This document shows positions 16,188 through 26,906 of a DNA stretch of 44,958 nucleotides, in pieces. The stretch comes from Bacteroidota bacterium (GTDB lineage Bacteria; Bacteroidota; Bacteroidia; NS11-12g; UBA955): NCBI GenBank assembly GCA_016868535.1, contig VGGQ01000004.1, positions 1 to 44,958 of the forward strand, written 5' to 3'. The position numbers were made by a program, and so were the translations under genes. Each line of letters opens with the position of its first letter. The first letter of the stretch is position 1. The notes beneath the pieces were generated by a model that was given only the letters and a program-made list of their open reading frames with translations, ran no database searches and had not been told where the DNA came from.

Positions 16188-19100
16188 TCAATACCCACCC
16201 AGATTTTTAAACAATAGAGGTTTTGCTTCTTCGGCCGTTAAGCGAAATGCTATCCACTGTTTGGCAAAAAATGTATTTACCCTTGCAGTAATTCTTGCTG
16301 TTTCCCGTTCCGCAGTTTGCAGGGCTGTTTCTGCATTAACGCCGGGTATTCTGGCGCTGCTAATGCCGCTGGCGGCTGCCCCAAGTTGGTCGTTTAACCT
16401 CACTGATACATCTTCATAACCCCTGAAATCTGCGCGCAGCATAAACAAATCTTTCAAAATCGCAATGCTATCTTTGATGGGTTCCACGAGTTTCTTTAGC
16501 CGAACGATGGTACTGTCATCTTCATAGCGTGTCTTCAGCACAATATCAAGGGTTTTTTCCGCCTCTTTTAGCCCTTCGTATGCCTTGTAGGCCTTTTCAG
16601 AAGAGGTTTTCAGTCTTTCCATCATCGCCTTGCGAACTTGCTCTGCACCGGCATCGTATTTTTCCTGCCACGTTTCTTTCACTTCCACCCAGGTGCTGTC
16701 GGCTCCTTTGGCATGGCTGAGTACCAGTTTATACCTGCCGGGTGCCACACGCATGCCTTCCGGCAAGGTTGCATCTTCTTCGGGTGTTCTATGGCTTGGA
16801 AAGTGGAATCCGTCGGCAATGAGGCGCCAGGTAATTCGGTAAATGCCCGCACTGTCTAAGCTGAACTTGTGGGTTCTGATAAGTTTGCCTGTAGTGTCAT
16901 AAACTTTACCCGTAATTTTGGTTTTCTCCCACTTTCCGGTTTTGCTGTTTTTGGTGCCGCTGCAATGGTAGGTAATGTAACTGCCAAAAGGTTTATTTTC
17001 GGCTTCATAGACAGCATCTGCGCCAAATCTTACACCGGCAGGCTGCAGGTAATTGGCCAGATAGCCGTGTGTGGCATTGATAATGCTTAGGTTTTTTGAG
17101 TTGATGTTGTTTTTGGTAAGGTTACCCAAAGCTTTTACATCGTCCAGAATCCATATTCCGCGGCCAAAGGTGCCCACCACCAAGTCGCCTTCGGTTTTTT
17201 GATATTTCATATCTTGGGCAGGTGTTGCCGGAAATCCGGGATACCGGCGCCAGTCTTTGCCTTCATTGAAGCTGATCCACAATCCGTGGTCGGTTCCAAG
17301 GAAAACAGTTTGTTCAAAGCCCGGCAAAGGCAATATGCTGAGGCAATGACCGCTTACCTTGCTGTTGACTAGCATTCGTGACCAGGTTTTCCCAAAATCT
17401 TTGGTTACAAACAGGTAAGGTGTGAAATCGTTGTTGCGGTAATTGTTTGCTACAACCCATGCCTCTCCTGCATTCTGCAGACCTACGTGTATATAGGGTA
17501 TACAGCAGGCTTTGGGCAAGCCGGGTATTTTGGGAGAAAGATTATTCCACGTTTTTCCGGCATCGCGCGTCAACTGAATATTTCCATCGTCCGTGCCCAC
17601 CCAAATCACGGCAGTATCGCTTTCTGCGGGTGCAATGGCAATAATGGTGCAGTGGTTTTCGGCATTGGTAGCGTCTATGGTTAAACCGCCGCTTTGCGCC
17701 TGGTGCATTTTGGATGTGTCGTTGGTGGTCAAATCGCGAGAGATGATGTTCCAAGAACGACCCCTGTCAAGGCTTTTATGCAAATACTGGCTGCCGTAAT
17801 AAACCCCGTTTGCATTTTTTGGATGAATGGCAATGCCCGCGTTCCAGTTGTAGCGCAGATACTGTCCATTGGGGTGTTCCGGCTTGATAAACTGAGTTCT
17901 GCCGCTTTTTAGATCGTACAGAGCTACATTTCCGCCCTGCCACATGGCATATCCGGTGGTGCTTTCGCCCGGAATGGGCACTACATCAAAACCATCACCG
18001 AAAAGCAGTTCCTGCCAGTCGCTGTTGCGAATGCCACCCTGTATCCAGTTGTATCCCGGGCCGCGCCAGCTTCCGTTGTCCTGAAGGCCGCCGTATACAT
18101 GATAGGGAATATCTTCATCCACGTTCACATGGTAGAATTGCCCAACAGGAATGTTCTCGGCAAAACGCCAGTGTTCTCCACCGTCATAGCTGATGTTTAG
18201 TCCGCCATCGTTACCATTGATGAGCATGTTGGGGTTGTCAGGGTGAATGTAAAAAGCATGGTGATCGGGGTGAATACGTCCCCAGTCAGCCAGAATCTGC
18301 CAGGTGCGGCCACCATCCTCGCTGCGTGCCACTTGACTCCAAAGGCTGTAGATGCGGTTCTCATTTTTGGGATCCACATAAATTTCGTTGTAATAGAAAG
18401 GCCTGTTGCCCATATTTTCCTGACTGCTCACCTTGTTCCAGGTGTATCCTCCATCTTGACTGCCGTAAAAATCCAGGGTTTTACTTTCAACGATGGCATA
18501 AACGCGGTTGGTTTTGCTTGCCGAAATGCCAATGCCGATGCGGCCCAGCGTTCCTTCGGGTAAACCGTCTTTGCTGCCCAGTTTCTGCCAGGTTTTGCCC
18601 CCGTCTATGGTCATAAACAATCCACTTCCGGGACCTCCGCTGTTGAAGTGGTAGGGTTTGCGGCGGTATTCCCACATGGCGGCAAATAGTTTGTTGGGGT
18701 TGGACGGATCCATTACCAGTTCGGCACATCCGCTTAGGTTGTTGGTAAACAGCATTCGATTCCAGGTTTTACCACCATCTGTGGTTTTGTAAACACCCCT
18801 TTCTTCGTTAGGACCCCATATGCTGCCCATGGCTGCCACGTATAAGATATCAGGGTTTGATGGGTCAATAATTATGCGGTGAATTGTCCGGGTGGCGGCA
18901 AGACCCATAAAGGTCCATGTTTTGCCGGCATCCAGGCTTTTATAAATGCCTTTTCCGCTATTGTGGCTGTTGCGGGGATTTCCTTCGCCGGTGCCGGCCC
19001 AAACCACGGCCGGGTTACTTTGCTGTATGGCTAGAGATCCAATGCTTCCTACATCGGCTTTGTCAAAAACCGGTTGCCAGGCTGTACCACCATTGTCGCT

Positions 19101-19310
19101 TTTCCAGATGCCGCCGCTGGCTGCCCCGGCATACATAATATTGGTTTGTTTGTTTACCACCGCAATCGATGTAATACGTCCGCTCATGCCGGCCGGGCCG
19201 ATATTGCGAAAGCGAAAAACAGACAACTGGGTTGAGTCAGGGGTGTTTTGCGCTACTATATTCATGGCTGCGGTGCCCGCGCAAACAAGCAAAAATCGGA
19301 TGATTGACAT
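16188..19310 (-). CDS. VPS10/BNR-repeat (Asp-box) beta-propeller protein, glycosyl-hydrolase-like
   Basis: RNIGPAGMSGRI; many S/TxDxGxTW repeats; GGLQDNG; GTFGRGIWILDD. Confidence 0.9.
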   Translation of the reverse strand: MSIIRFLLVCAGTAAMNIVAQNTPDSTQLSVFRFRNIGPAGMSGRITSIAVVNKQTNIMYAGAASGGIWKSDNGGTAWQPVFDKADVGSIGSLAIQQSNPAVVWAGTGEGNPRNSHNSGKGIYKSLDAGKTWTFMGLAATRTIHRIIIDPSNPDILYVAAMGSIWGPNEERGVYKTTDGGKTWNRMLFTNNLSGCAELVMDPSNPNKLFAAMWEYRRKPYHFNSGGPGSGLFMTIDGGKTWQKLGSKDGLPEGTLGRIGIGISASKTNRVYAIVESKTLDFYGSQDGGYTWNKVSSQENMGNRPFYYNEIYVDPKNENRIYSLWSQVARSEDGGRTWQILADWGRIHPDHHAFYIHPDNPNMLINGNDGGLNISYDGGEHWRFAENIPVGQFYHVNVDEDIPYHVYGGLQDNGSWRGPGYNWIQGGIRNSDWQELLFGDGFDVVPIPGESTTGYAMWQGGNVALYDLKSGRTQFIKPEHPNGQYLRYNWNAGIAIHPKNANGVYYGSQYLHKSLDRGRSWNIISRDLTTNDTSKMHQAQSGGLTIDATNAENHCTIIAIAPAESDTAVIWVGTDDGNIQLTRDAGKTWNNLSPKIPGLPKACCIPYIHVGLQNAGEAWVVANNYRNNDFTPYLFVTKDFGKTWSRMLVNSKVSGHCLSILPLPGFEQTVFLGTDHGLWISFNEGKDWRRYPGFPATPAQDMKYQKTEGDLVVGTFGRGIWILDDVKALGNLTKNNINSKNLSIINATHGYLANYLQPAGVRFGADAVYEAENKPFGSYITYHCSGTKNSKTGKWEKTKITGKVYDTTGKLIRTHKFSLDSAGIYRITWRLIADGFHFPSHRTPEEDATLPEGMRVAPGRYKLVLSHAKGADSTWVEVKETWQEKYDAGAEQVRKAMMERLKTSSEKAYKAYEGLKEAEKTLDIVLKTRYEDDSTIVRLKKLVEPIKDSIAILKDLFMLRADFRGYEDVSVRLNDQLGAAASGISSARIPGVNAETALQTAERETARITARVNTFFAKQWIAFRLTAEEAKPLLFKNLGGY

Positions 19311-19428
19311 AAGGCGTAAAATTACGTGTTTTTATTTTACGAAGAAAAGTGGGTCAGTCTGTATTTTTTGATGTTTCAACGAACATAAGCACAGGCGGTT
19401 TGTTATTATTGTTATTTTGCATACCTAA

Positions 19429-20730
19429 ATGTTCAAGAGTGCTCTCATCGGTTTCTTTATTGTTGCTTCTATTATCATTTTTATTGATATTTATGCTTGG
19501 CAGGGGGTTAAACTGCTCACAGCAGGCTGGTCTACAAAGGCAAAAAATGTTTTAAAGTGGAGTTATTGGGGCTGGACTGCTGCAGGGTTTTTCTTTTTCA
19601 TGTTTCTGCGGATGGGACTTTTTGAGGTGTCGCAAACCACAATGCGCATTATCAGCAGTGTGATGTTTGCGGTATTTTTTGCCAAAATATTCTGGTGCGT
19701 ATTTCTGCTGATTGATGATATTGCGCGGTTGTTTCGCTGGATATATGGTCGTTTTGAAGCCAAAACTGAGGCTGTTTCAAAGGAAGGCGGAATTACCCGT
19801 GTTAAATTTCTCAGCTGGATGGGTCTCGGGCTCGGTTCAGCTTTAATAGGCGGCAGCATCTGGGGCATTGCCAAAGGGGCGCACAATTACGTAGTGAGAA
19901 GAAAAACCCTGCAGATTAAGGGTTTACCGGTGGCTTTCGACAGGGTAAAGATTGTTCAGCTCAGCGATATTCACAGCGGCAGTTTCTGGAGTTATGATGC
20001 CATTAAGCGCGGTGTGGATATGGTTTTGGCCGAAAAGCCTGATGTGTTCTTCTTTACCGGTGATCTGGTGAATGACAAAGCGGAAGAAATAGAACCCTGG
20101 CTGGATTTGTTTGGGCAAATTGAGGCTCCGATGGGAAAATTCAGTATTCTAGGCAACCATGACTATGGCGATTACGTGCCATGGCCGGATTACGACCCCC
20201 TGCAGGCAAAATTTGATCAGAAAGAGAAAGGGTATTACCGCACACCCATGCAGCAGCGCAATCTGGATAAATTGTTCAGGTACCACAAAAAGATGGGCTG
20301 GGATTTATTGCTCAATGAACACAGAATGATTGAGAAAGACGGACAAAAACTGAGTGTTTTAGGTGTGGAAAACTGGAGTAACAAAGGCCGTTTTCCAAAA
20401 TATGGCAATCTGGATAAAGCGCTGAAAGGGACGGAAGGCACTATAAAATTATTACTTAGCCACGATCCCAGCCACTGGCGTGAACAGGTGGTGGGGCATC
20501 AGCCGGATATAGTAGTAACTTTTAGCGGACACACCCACGGTATGCAGTTTGGCGTTGATACGCGCTTTTACCGCTGGAGCCCTGTGAAGCTTATATACAA
20601 GGAATGGCTGGATTTATACTCGGAAGGCAATCAGCAATTGTATGTGAACCGTGGTTTCGGCTATCTTGGCTACCCCGGCAGGATTGGTGTGTTTCCGGAA
20701 ATTTCGGTATTTACCTTACTGTCTGCATAA
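19429..20730 (+). CDS. Membrane-bound metallophosphoesterase (YkuE-like)
   Basis: SDIH, TGDLVN, LGNHD, SHDP, GHTHG motifs; N-terminal TMs. Confidence 0.93.
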   Translation: MFKSALIGFFIVASIIIFIDIYAWQGVKLLTAGWSTKAKNVLKWSYWGWTAAGFFFFMFLRMGLFEVSQTTMRIISSVMFAVFFAKIFWCVFLLIDDIARLFRWIYGRFEAKTEAVSKEGGITRVKFLSWMGLGLGSALIGGSIWGIAKGAHNYVVRRKTLQIKGLPVAFDRVKIVQLSDIHSGSFWSYDAIKRGVDMVLAEKPDVFFFTGDLVNDKAEEIEPWLDLFGQIEAPMGKFSILGNHDYGDYVPWPDYDPLQAKFDQKEKGYYRTPMQQRNLDKLFRYHKKMGWDLLLNEHRMIEKDGQKLSVLGVENWSNKGRFPKYGNLDKALKGTEGTIKLLLSHDPSHWREQVVGHQPDIVVTFSGHTHGMQFGVDTRFYRWSPVKLIYKEWLDLYSEGNQQLYVNRGFGYLGYPGRIGVFPEISVFTLLSA

Positions 20731-20736
20731 GCTTTT

Positions 20737-21255
20737 ATGCAGTTGTTGTATTTTGCTGCCGTGCAATCCCGTTCAGGTAAACCCAAAACCCGTCCCACAC
20801 TGCAGCAGGCCAGGCTAAAAGCCGAAAAATACTGTGCCTATCAGGAGCGCAGCCAACTAGAGGTAAAAAACAAGCTGCTGAGAATGGGTTTGACGGTTAC
20901 TGAAACCAATGACACATTGGTTGAATTGGTTAGGGATAATTTTATTAACGAAGAAAGATTTGCATTTGCTTTTGCCAAGGGAAAATTAAAAGTTAAAAAA
21001 TGGGGTAGTCGTAAAATTGCGATGGCTTTGAAAAATAAGGGTATAACAGAAAGCCTTATAAAAAAGGTTTTAAAAGATTTAGACCCCCATCAATATATCA
21101 GTGAATTACGATTTAGTATTCAAAAAAAAGCAAAAACAATTAAAGAAAATGATCCATGGAAGCGGGCCGGTAAATTAAAGCAATATTTAATTGGGAGAGG
21201 ATTTGAGCCGGAACTGGTTTTTAGGGAAGTGGATGCGTATATGGAAGAGAATTAA
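20737..21255 (+). CDS. recX: Regulatory protein RecX
   Basis: YCAYQERS, FINEERFA, WGSRKI, YLIGRGF; start may be GTG at 20761. Confidence 0.9.
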   Translation: MQLLYFAAVQSRSGKPKTRPTLQQARLKAEKYCAYQERSQLEVKNKLLRMGLTVTETNDTLVELVRDNFINEERFAFAFAKGKLKVKKWGSRKIAMALKNKGITESLIKKVLKDLDPHQYISELRFSIQKKAKTIKENDPWKRAGKLKQYLIGRGFEPELVFREVDAYMEEN

Positions 21256-21387
21256 ATCAGCACCCACAAAACAGCCACTGCCCAAGCATATTGCTGAACG
21301 ATTTATCTAGCAACCATAAAACACCGGGTACAAACACAACGAAGAAACAAGTGAGTATTACGCCTAGTAAAACCCAGTGCCGAAGCA

Positions 21388-22419
21388 TTACAGAAACAGC
21401 TTTTTATCAAGCCCCAGCCATTCCATGGCGCTCTCGCCCAGCATAATTTGCTTGGTGACATCGGTAATACTGAGCGAACGGATGAGCTCTCCGGGGATAT
21501 CTTCACCAAGCGGGTAGGGGTAATCGGTTCCCATGCAGATGCGGTTTGGTCCCATCAGTTCCATCAGGTATTCCAGCATGTGTGCATCGTGGGTAAGGCT
21601 GTCTACCCAAAATTGCCCCAGGTATTTAGCAGGGTCGTGAGGATTGTCAACAGCCACCAGATCCGGTCTGCAGCGCCAGCCATGCTGAATTCGCCCGAAG
21701 GTTCCAGGAAATGCACCACCACCATGTGCAAATGCAACCCTCAATTTTGGCAGTCTTTCAAAAATTCCTCCAAAAATCATACAACTCATGGCCAGTGCGG
21801 TTTCGGCTGGCATGCCCACTAGCCAGGGAAGCCAGTATCTTGGCATTTTGGTTTTGGCCATCCACCACCAGGGGTGCACAAACAAAGCCATATTCATATC
21901 CTGCATAGCCTCAAATATGGGAAAAAGTTCCGGCTGATTGAGGTTCCAGTCATTGATATGCGAGCCAATCTGTATGCCTTTCAGTCCGATGGCTTTGCAT
22001 CTCTCCAGTTCCTGAATAGCCAAACTCGCATGTTGCATGGGCAGTGTGCCAAGCCCCACAAAACGTTTTGGGTAGCTTTCAACAATTCCGGCAATATGGT
22101 CATTGAGGAATTTGGTAATTTCCAGAGTGTCTTTGGGTTCTGCCCAGTAGCTGAACATTACAGGGATGGTACTTAGCACTTGCACATCTACAGGGTATGC
22201 GTGTGCATCACATTCATGTATGCGTTGCGCGGGATCCCAGTTGTTGCTCTCAATTTCCCTGAACAATTCCCCGTCCATCATCATGCGGGCACAGCAGGGC
22301 TTGTGGTGCTGCAGGCTGATGAATTCACCATATCCAAATTTTGATTTCCAGTCGGGCAGATGCTCCGGGATGATATGGGTATGAATATCAACCGTAAAAA
22401 ATAGCGACGGGTTGTCCAT
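21388..22419 (-). CDS. nbaD: 2-amino-3-carboxymuconate-6-semialdehyde decarboxylase (ACMSD, amidohydrolase_2)
   Basis: [53 protein letters not shown]. Confidence 0.9.
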   Translation of the reverse strand: MDNPSLFFTVDIHTHIIPEHLPDWKSKFGYGEFISLQHHKPCCARMMMDGELFREIESNNWDPAQRIHECDAHAYPVDVQVLSTIPVMFSYWAEPKDTLEITKFLNDHIAGIVESYPKRFVGLGTLPMQHASLAIQELERCKAIGLKGIQIGSHINDWNLNQPELFPIFEAMQDMNMALFVHPWWWMAKTKMPRYWLPWLVGMPAETALAMSCMIFGGIFERLPKLRVAFAHGGGAFPGTFGRIQHGWRCRPDLVAVDNPHDPAKYLGQFWVDSLTHDAHMLEYLMELMGPNRICMGTDYPYPLGEDIPGELIRSLSITDVTKQIMLGESAMEWLGLDKKLFL

Positions 22420-22590
22420 GGGTCTTGCAAAAATAGGCGATTGATTAAACTTCCCGTAATTTGATTTTTACCGTCATGATCCCAACTATTTGATGAAATG
22501 CCTATATTTTATTTGCGCTAAAATCTTATTTTTGCACGCTATACTGAGTCAGATAGTCTCTGAAAAAGAGGTCAGGCACACAGGGTATAC

Positions 22591-23925
22591 ATGAAGCACC
22601 GAAGAATAGATTTTTCAGCCGCCGTAAGCCTGGTGGTGGCAAATATGGTAGGTACAGGTGTGTTTACGGGCCTCGGTTTTCAGCTCCTCGACCATTCCCA
22701 AGCATTTACCATCATGGCCTTGTGGTTCATCGGTGGCATTATGGCTTTGCTGGGGGCAGTGTGTTATGCCGAGCTGGCAACCCGCTTACCCCAGGATGGT
22801 GGAGAATATCATTTTCTTTCCAAAGTATACCATCCCGCCTTGGGATTTATGGCCGGTTTTGTGAGTGCTACCGTAGGCTTTAGCGCGCCCATCGCTTTGG
22901 CCGCCGCATCACTTGGTACCTATGCACATGGTGTTTTTGATTCGCTGGAACCGGCCTCGGTGGGCACTGTTGTTATCCTCGGAATCGCCGCCATACACGC
23001 CACCAACCTGAGTGCAGGTATGCAGTTTCAGAAAATTTTTACATTGATTAAAATATTGCTGATTGCCGTGTTCGTAATAGCCGGTATTTTTCATGGCAAT
23101 ACACAAGGCATATCATTTGCATTTGGCGAGAACAGCTCCGCCGAAATTATGACGGCCGGTTTTGCCCTTAATCTGGTTTATGTCAGCTATGCCTACAGTG
23201 GCTGGAACGCCAGTACATACCTGGCCGGAGAAATTCAGCAGCCCGAAAAAAATATAAACCGTTCCATTATCTGGGGAACCCTGCTGGTGATGCTGTTATA
23301 TGTGTCGCTCAATGCCGTATTTATAGCTTCTGCACCTATGCCCGAAATGATGGTGGAAACGGAGGGACCACTGAAATTTCAACCCAAAGATGTAGGAATT
23401 GTTAGCGCAGGCTACATTTTCGGTACCTGGGGCGGTAAGGTAATGGGCGGTGTAATTTGCCTTTTGCTGGTTAGCACCATCAGTGCCATGATAATTGCAG
23501 GACCCCGCGTAATTCAACCCATGTTTGGTAAAATATCTGCCCTCAAACCTTTGTCAGTCACAACCGAAAAAGGCAATCCTGTAGCGGCTATAGTGTTTCA
23601 AACCCTGCTGGCATTGATTATTTTGTGGACTGCCTCATTTGAAGATATCATGCAGTATATTGGTTTTACCCTTACGCTTTTTACAACCCTTACCGTGGCA
23701 GGCGTAATTGTTTATCGCATCAAATATGGGAAACCCGAGGGTTACAGAGCACTCGGCTACCCGTTCTCTCCCATAATTTTTATTGCCGCCAACCTCTGGG
23801 TTTGTTATTCTCAGGTTACCGATAAGACTACTCAGTCCATTATCGGTCTTGCCACCGCACTGGCAGGCGTGATGCTGTATTTTATCAGCACGGATAAAAA
23901 TAATGCACAAGTCAGTTACGAATAA
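22591..23925 (+). CDS. APC-family amino acid permease
   Basis: NMVGTGVF, YAELATRLPQDGGEY, YAYSGWN; ~12 TM. Confidence 0.92.
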   Translation: MKHRRIDFSAAVSLVVANMVGTGVFTGLGFQLLDHSQAFTIMALWFIGGIMALLGAVCYAELATRLPQDGGEYHFLSKVYHPALGFMAGFVSATVGFSAPIALAAASLGTYAHGVFDSLEPASVGTVVILGIAAIHATNLSAGMQFQKIFTLIKILLIAVFVIAGIFHGNTQGISFAFGENSSAEIMTAGFALNLVYVSYAYSGWNASTYLAGEIQQPEKNINRSIIWGTLLVMLLYVSLNAVFIASAPMPEMMVETEGPLKFQPKDVGIVSAGYIFGTWGGKVMGGVICLLLVSTISAMIIAGPRVIQPMFGKISALKPLSVTTEKGNPVAAIVFQTLLALIILWTASFEDIMQYIGFTLTLFTTLTVAGVIVYRIKYGKPEGYRALGYPFSPIIFIAANLWVCYSQVTDKTTQSIIGLATALAGVMLYFISTDKNNAQVSYE

Positions 23926-23927
23926 AA

Positions 23928-25115
23928 ATGAAAATATTCCTGATACTTTCTCTGTCCCTAACCACCCTGACATTTCTGTCCTGCGGAAGCTCTACTGAAA
24001 AAGCTGGACTGCAGAAAGACACTGCAAATTCCGATACAGTGCGGGCAAAAGTTCAGACACCGCAATTTGACCACAAATTCAATGATTATGCCCGCTTTAT
24101 TGCAGGTCTCGCCTCAAATGCAGGCAGCAGCATGTCGAAATATGACAGTGTCAGACAGGTGAAAGAGCATGCCATTCAGTTTGGTAAACGCTGGGATGAG
24201 ATGGACAAAAACCGTCTGAGTCCGATGCGCAAATGGGCAAAAGAAGAGCTGCATCCCAAAGTGGATGAAAATCTGAATACATTTTATCCTTTCTCCGGCC
24301 CCGATTTTCTGCATGTGGTGCAGTTTTACCCGAATAGCAAGAAATACCTTTTCCTGGCCAATGAGATGGTGGGTAATGTTCCGGAGTTTGAAAAAATGAA
24401 CCAGGCTCAGGTATTAAACTACCTTAATAGTATCGAAAAAGCCCTCGGCGATATTTTCCGCAGGAGCTATTTTATTACCAGCTATATGGGCAGCCAGATT
24501 CCGGCAGTGAAAGGGGTTATTCCCGTATTTATGGTTTTCTTTGCCCGCACCGGACACGAGATTATGAACGTGGAACCCATTACCATAGATACTGCTGGCA
24601 ATACGGTGCCACGCAGTCAAAACCCGAAAGGGGTCAGTGGAGTGCGCTTTACTTTTTGTCCCGAAGGCAAATACGATGATGTGAGGACTATGGAATATTT
24701 CAACACAGATTTAAGCAATGTCGGTACCAGCGGCAAAGGAGGCCTCAAGGCACGCCCTGAAATGGTGAAATACGCAGAGGCTTTTGGCAAAGCCAATACC
24801 TTCGTAAAAGCCGCCAGCTATTTGTTGCACTACAAAACTTTCAGCACCATAAAAGACCTTACACAGGCCAAATCAGTTAGTTTGCTGCAGGATGATACCG
24901 GTATTCCCTATCGTTTTCTGGCGAAGGATTTTAGCTATTCCCTTTACGGAAAATATACCATACCTGTTAAGAATTTCAGTGCCACAGGACATTATCAGAA
25001 AGATCTGGCCAAGTTGTATGCAGACAGTACCAAGGTTAAATCAATGCCTTTCAGTCTTGGCTACCACTGGCAGGATCAAAACCAGAATTACATGCTCTTT
25101 GTTAGAAAACCCTGA
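23928..25115 (+). CDS. Hypothetical lipoprotein
   Basis: Lipobox FLSC; motifs FYPFSGPDF, KAASYLLH, LQDDTGIP; 2 nt after the permease. Confidence 0.8.
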   Translation: MKIFLILSLSLTTLTFLSCGSSTEKAGLQKDTANSDTVRAKVQTPQFDHKFNDYARFIAGLASNAGSSMSKYDSVRQVKEHAIQFGKRWDEMDKNRLSPMRKWAKEELHPKVDENLNTFYPFSGPDFLHVVQFYPNSKKYLFLANEMVGNVPEFEKMNQAQVLNYLNSIEKALGDIFRRSYFITSYMGSQIPAVKGVIPVFMVFFARTGHEIMNVEPITIDTAGNTVPRSQNPKGVSGVRFTFCPEGKYDDVRTMEYFNTDLSNVGTSGKGGLKARPEMVKYAEAFGKANTFVKAASYLLHYKTFSTIKDLTQAKSVSLLQDDTGIPYRFLAKDFSYSLYGKYTIPVKNFSATGHYQKDLAKLYADSTKVKSMPFSLGYHWQDQNQNYMLFVRKP

Positions 25116-25127
25116 TTTTTTTGTAAA

Positions 25128-26405
25128 TTGGTTGGCAAATTGAGGCGATTGAAAGCGGTTGTATGTGCCATAGTTTCTGTAGTATGTTCTCTTTTGGGGG
25201 CTCAGTCCGAATTTGCCCCCGCCGATTCAAAGAGGCTTGATAATTTATTCAAAACCAAAGGCAGTGCACTTTTCAAACAAGTAATTCAACAACCGGAAAA
25301 ATACCGGTATCAAATCATTTACTCGCAAATAGACAGAGACCGCAAGGGACTGCCTCTGATCAAAACCCATTATTACCATTTTGATAAAAGCCGTTATTTC
25401 TATCCTGCAAGTTTGGTAAAGTTTCCCGCATCGCTGCTGGCTTTGCAAAAGCTTACTACGCTGAAATCGTTGGGTGTTGAACCTGAAACTCCTGTTGTAT
25501 TTGACAGTGCCTGGCATTGCCAGACCCGCAGCGGCAGAGATGAATCACAAATTTCGGGCTGGCCCAGTTTGGATGCTTTTGTAAAAAAAATGATGCTGGT
25601 GAGTGATAATGAATCCTACAACAGAACCTATGAATTTCTGGGGTATGATTATATCGCCGATAACCTGACTTTAAAAGGCTATAACGACACCCGCATTATA
25701 CAGCGGTTCGAATTTTCCTGTGATACATTAAGTGCTTACATAACCAATCCCGTGAGTTTCTTTCAGGGGGCTGATACCCTTTATCATCAGGCGTCGCTAA
25801 CCGCCCTTAAGCGGCTAAAAAATCCCTACGGAGATGTATATATGGGTAGTCGGTATTTCGATGCTTTGGGCAACTTATACCCCTTTCCGCGTTCTTTTTT
25901 GTTTAATAATTACCTTCCGGCAGATGAACTGCACCGCATGTTGTTGTCGTTTTATTTGCCTGAGGCTGTGCCTGAAAAAATGCGCTGGGATATGGATGCA
26001 GGCTATGCCGGTCTGCTGAAAAAGTATATGGGAATGTGGCCTCGCGAATCTCGCAACCCGTCTTACGACTATGCCGATAATTATAAGAAATACTTATTGA
26101 TAGGGAGCGGCAATAAACTGCCCGACTCCTCAGATATTCGCATTTTCAATGTGGTGGGAAGGGCGTTCGGGTTGCTGGCAGATTGTGCCTACATTGTCGA
26201 TTTCAAAAACAATGTGGAGTTTTGCGTTACGGCAGTTGTTTATTGTAATGAAGAAGATGTGCTGAACAGCGACCGCTATCAGTACGTCTCCGTTGGTTTG
26301 CCTTTTCTCACAGAACTGGGGCAGCTTTTGTACAGGGAAGAGCTGCAAAGAGAAAAACGATATCCTTATTCCAATTCCGGTTTAAAGGAATTGTACGCTA
26401 AATAG
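25128..26405 (+). CDS. Serine hydrolase, class A beta-lactamase-like fold
   Basis: FYPASLVK (SxxK), VSDN (SDN). Confidence 0.8.
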   Translation: MVGKLRRLKAVVCAIVSVVCSLLGAQSEFAPADSKRLDNLFKTKGSALFKQVIQQPEKYRYQIIYSQIDRDRKGLPLIKTHYYHFDKSRYFYPASLVKFPASLLALQKLTTLKSLGVEPETPVVFDSAWHCQTRSGRDESQISGWPSLDAFVKKMMLVSDNESYNRTYEFLGYDYIADNLTLKGYNDTRIIQRFEFSCDTLSAYITNPVSFFQGADTLYHQASLTALKRLKNPYGDVYMGSRYFDALGNLYPFPRSFLFNNYLPADELHRMLLSFYLPEAVPEKMRWDMDAGYAGLLKKYMGMWPRESRNPSYDYADNYKKYLLIGSGNKLPDSSDIRIFNVVGRAFGLLADCAYIVDFKNNVEFCVTAVVYCNEEDVLNSDRYQYVSVGLPFLTELGQLLYREELQREKRYPYSNSGLKELYAK

Positions 26406-26438
26406 GCGATTCCGGGCCCATGGTATTACCTTTGTAAT

Positions 26439-26906
26439 ATGTTGTTGCACGATCTTTATCAGGCTGTGGAAAAAGCCATTCACGATATGGGTATTCATCC
26501 AGAAGAAACCCGGGGTGAAGAAGCCGGTCAGTGGACGTTGCTAAGGGAAGAAATGCACGTATATCTTGATGCATGGGAAAATTCTGAATCCAACCCCTGG
26601 AATTACTTTGTTTTTGAAAAAGATAAGACTGTGTTTCAAATATCAGTTCCTTTTTGCTATGCGCCAACATTGAAGCGCGATGAGTTCCTTCAGGAAATGT
26701 TGGTTGTAAATCTTAACCTGATGTATGGGAAATTTACGTTCAACGAAAAAGATAATGTTACGGCATTGGTTTATCGGGTTCCCGGAATATCATTTCAAAC
26801 CTCTGATTTAAAGACAGTGGTAGACAGCCTTTGCTATTATGCAGAAATGGCTTATCACGTTTTAAAAGATGAATTCAATCTGAAACGGGTACTGGCAGAA
26901 TCCTGA
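26439..26906 (+). CDS. YbjN-domain protein
   Basis: Size and pattern (EMLVVNLNLMYGKF); TACCTTTG box at 26427-26434. Confidence 0.7.
   Translation: MLLHDLYQAVEKAIHDMGIHPEETRGEEAGQWTLLREEMHVYLDAWENSESNPWNYFVFEKDKTVFQISVPFCYAPTLKRDEFLQEMLVVNLNLMYGKFTFNEKDNVTALVYRVPGISFQTSDLKTVVDSLCYYAEMAYHVLKDEFNLKRVLAES

Noticed and set aside
21258-21385. attC-like start after recX
   Set aside because: No TAAC core and no complementary distal arm.
22535-22590. Possible riboswitch before the amino acid permease
   Set aside because: Only short stems; no glycine, lysine or SAM aptamer consensus recognised.
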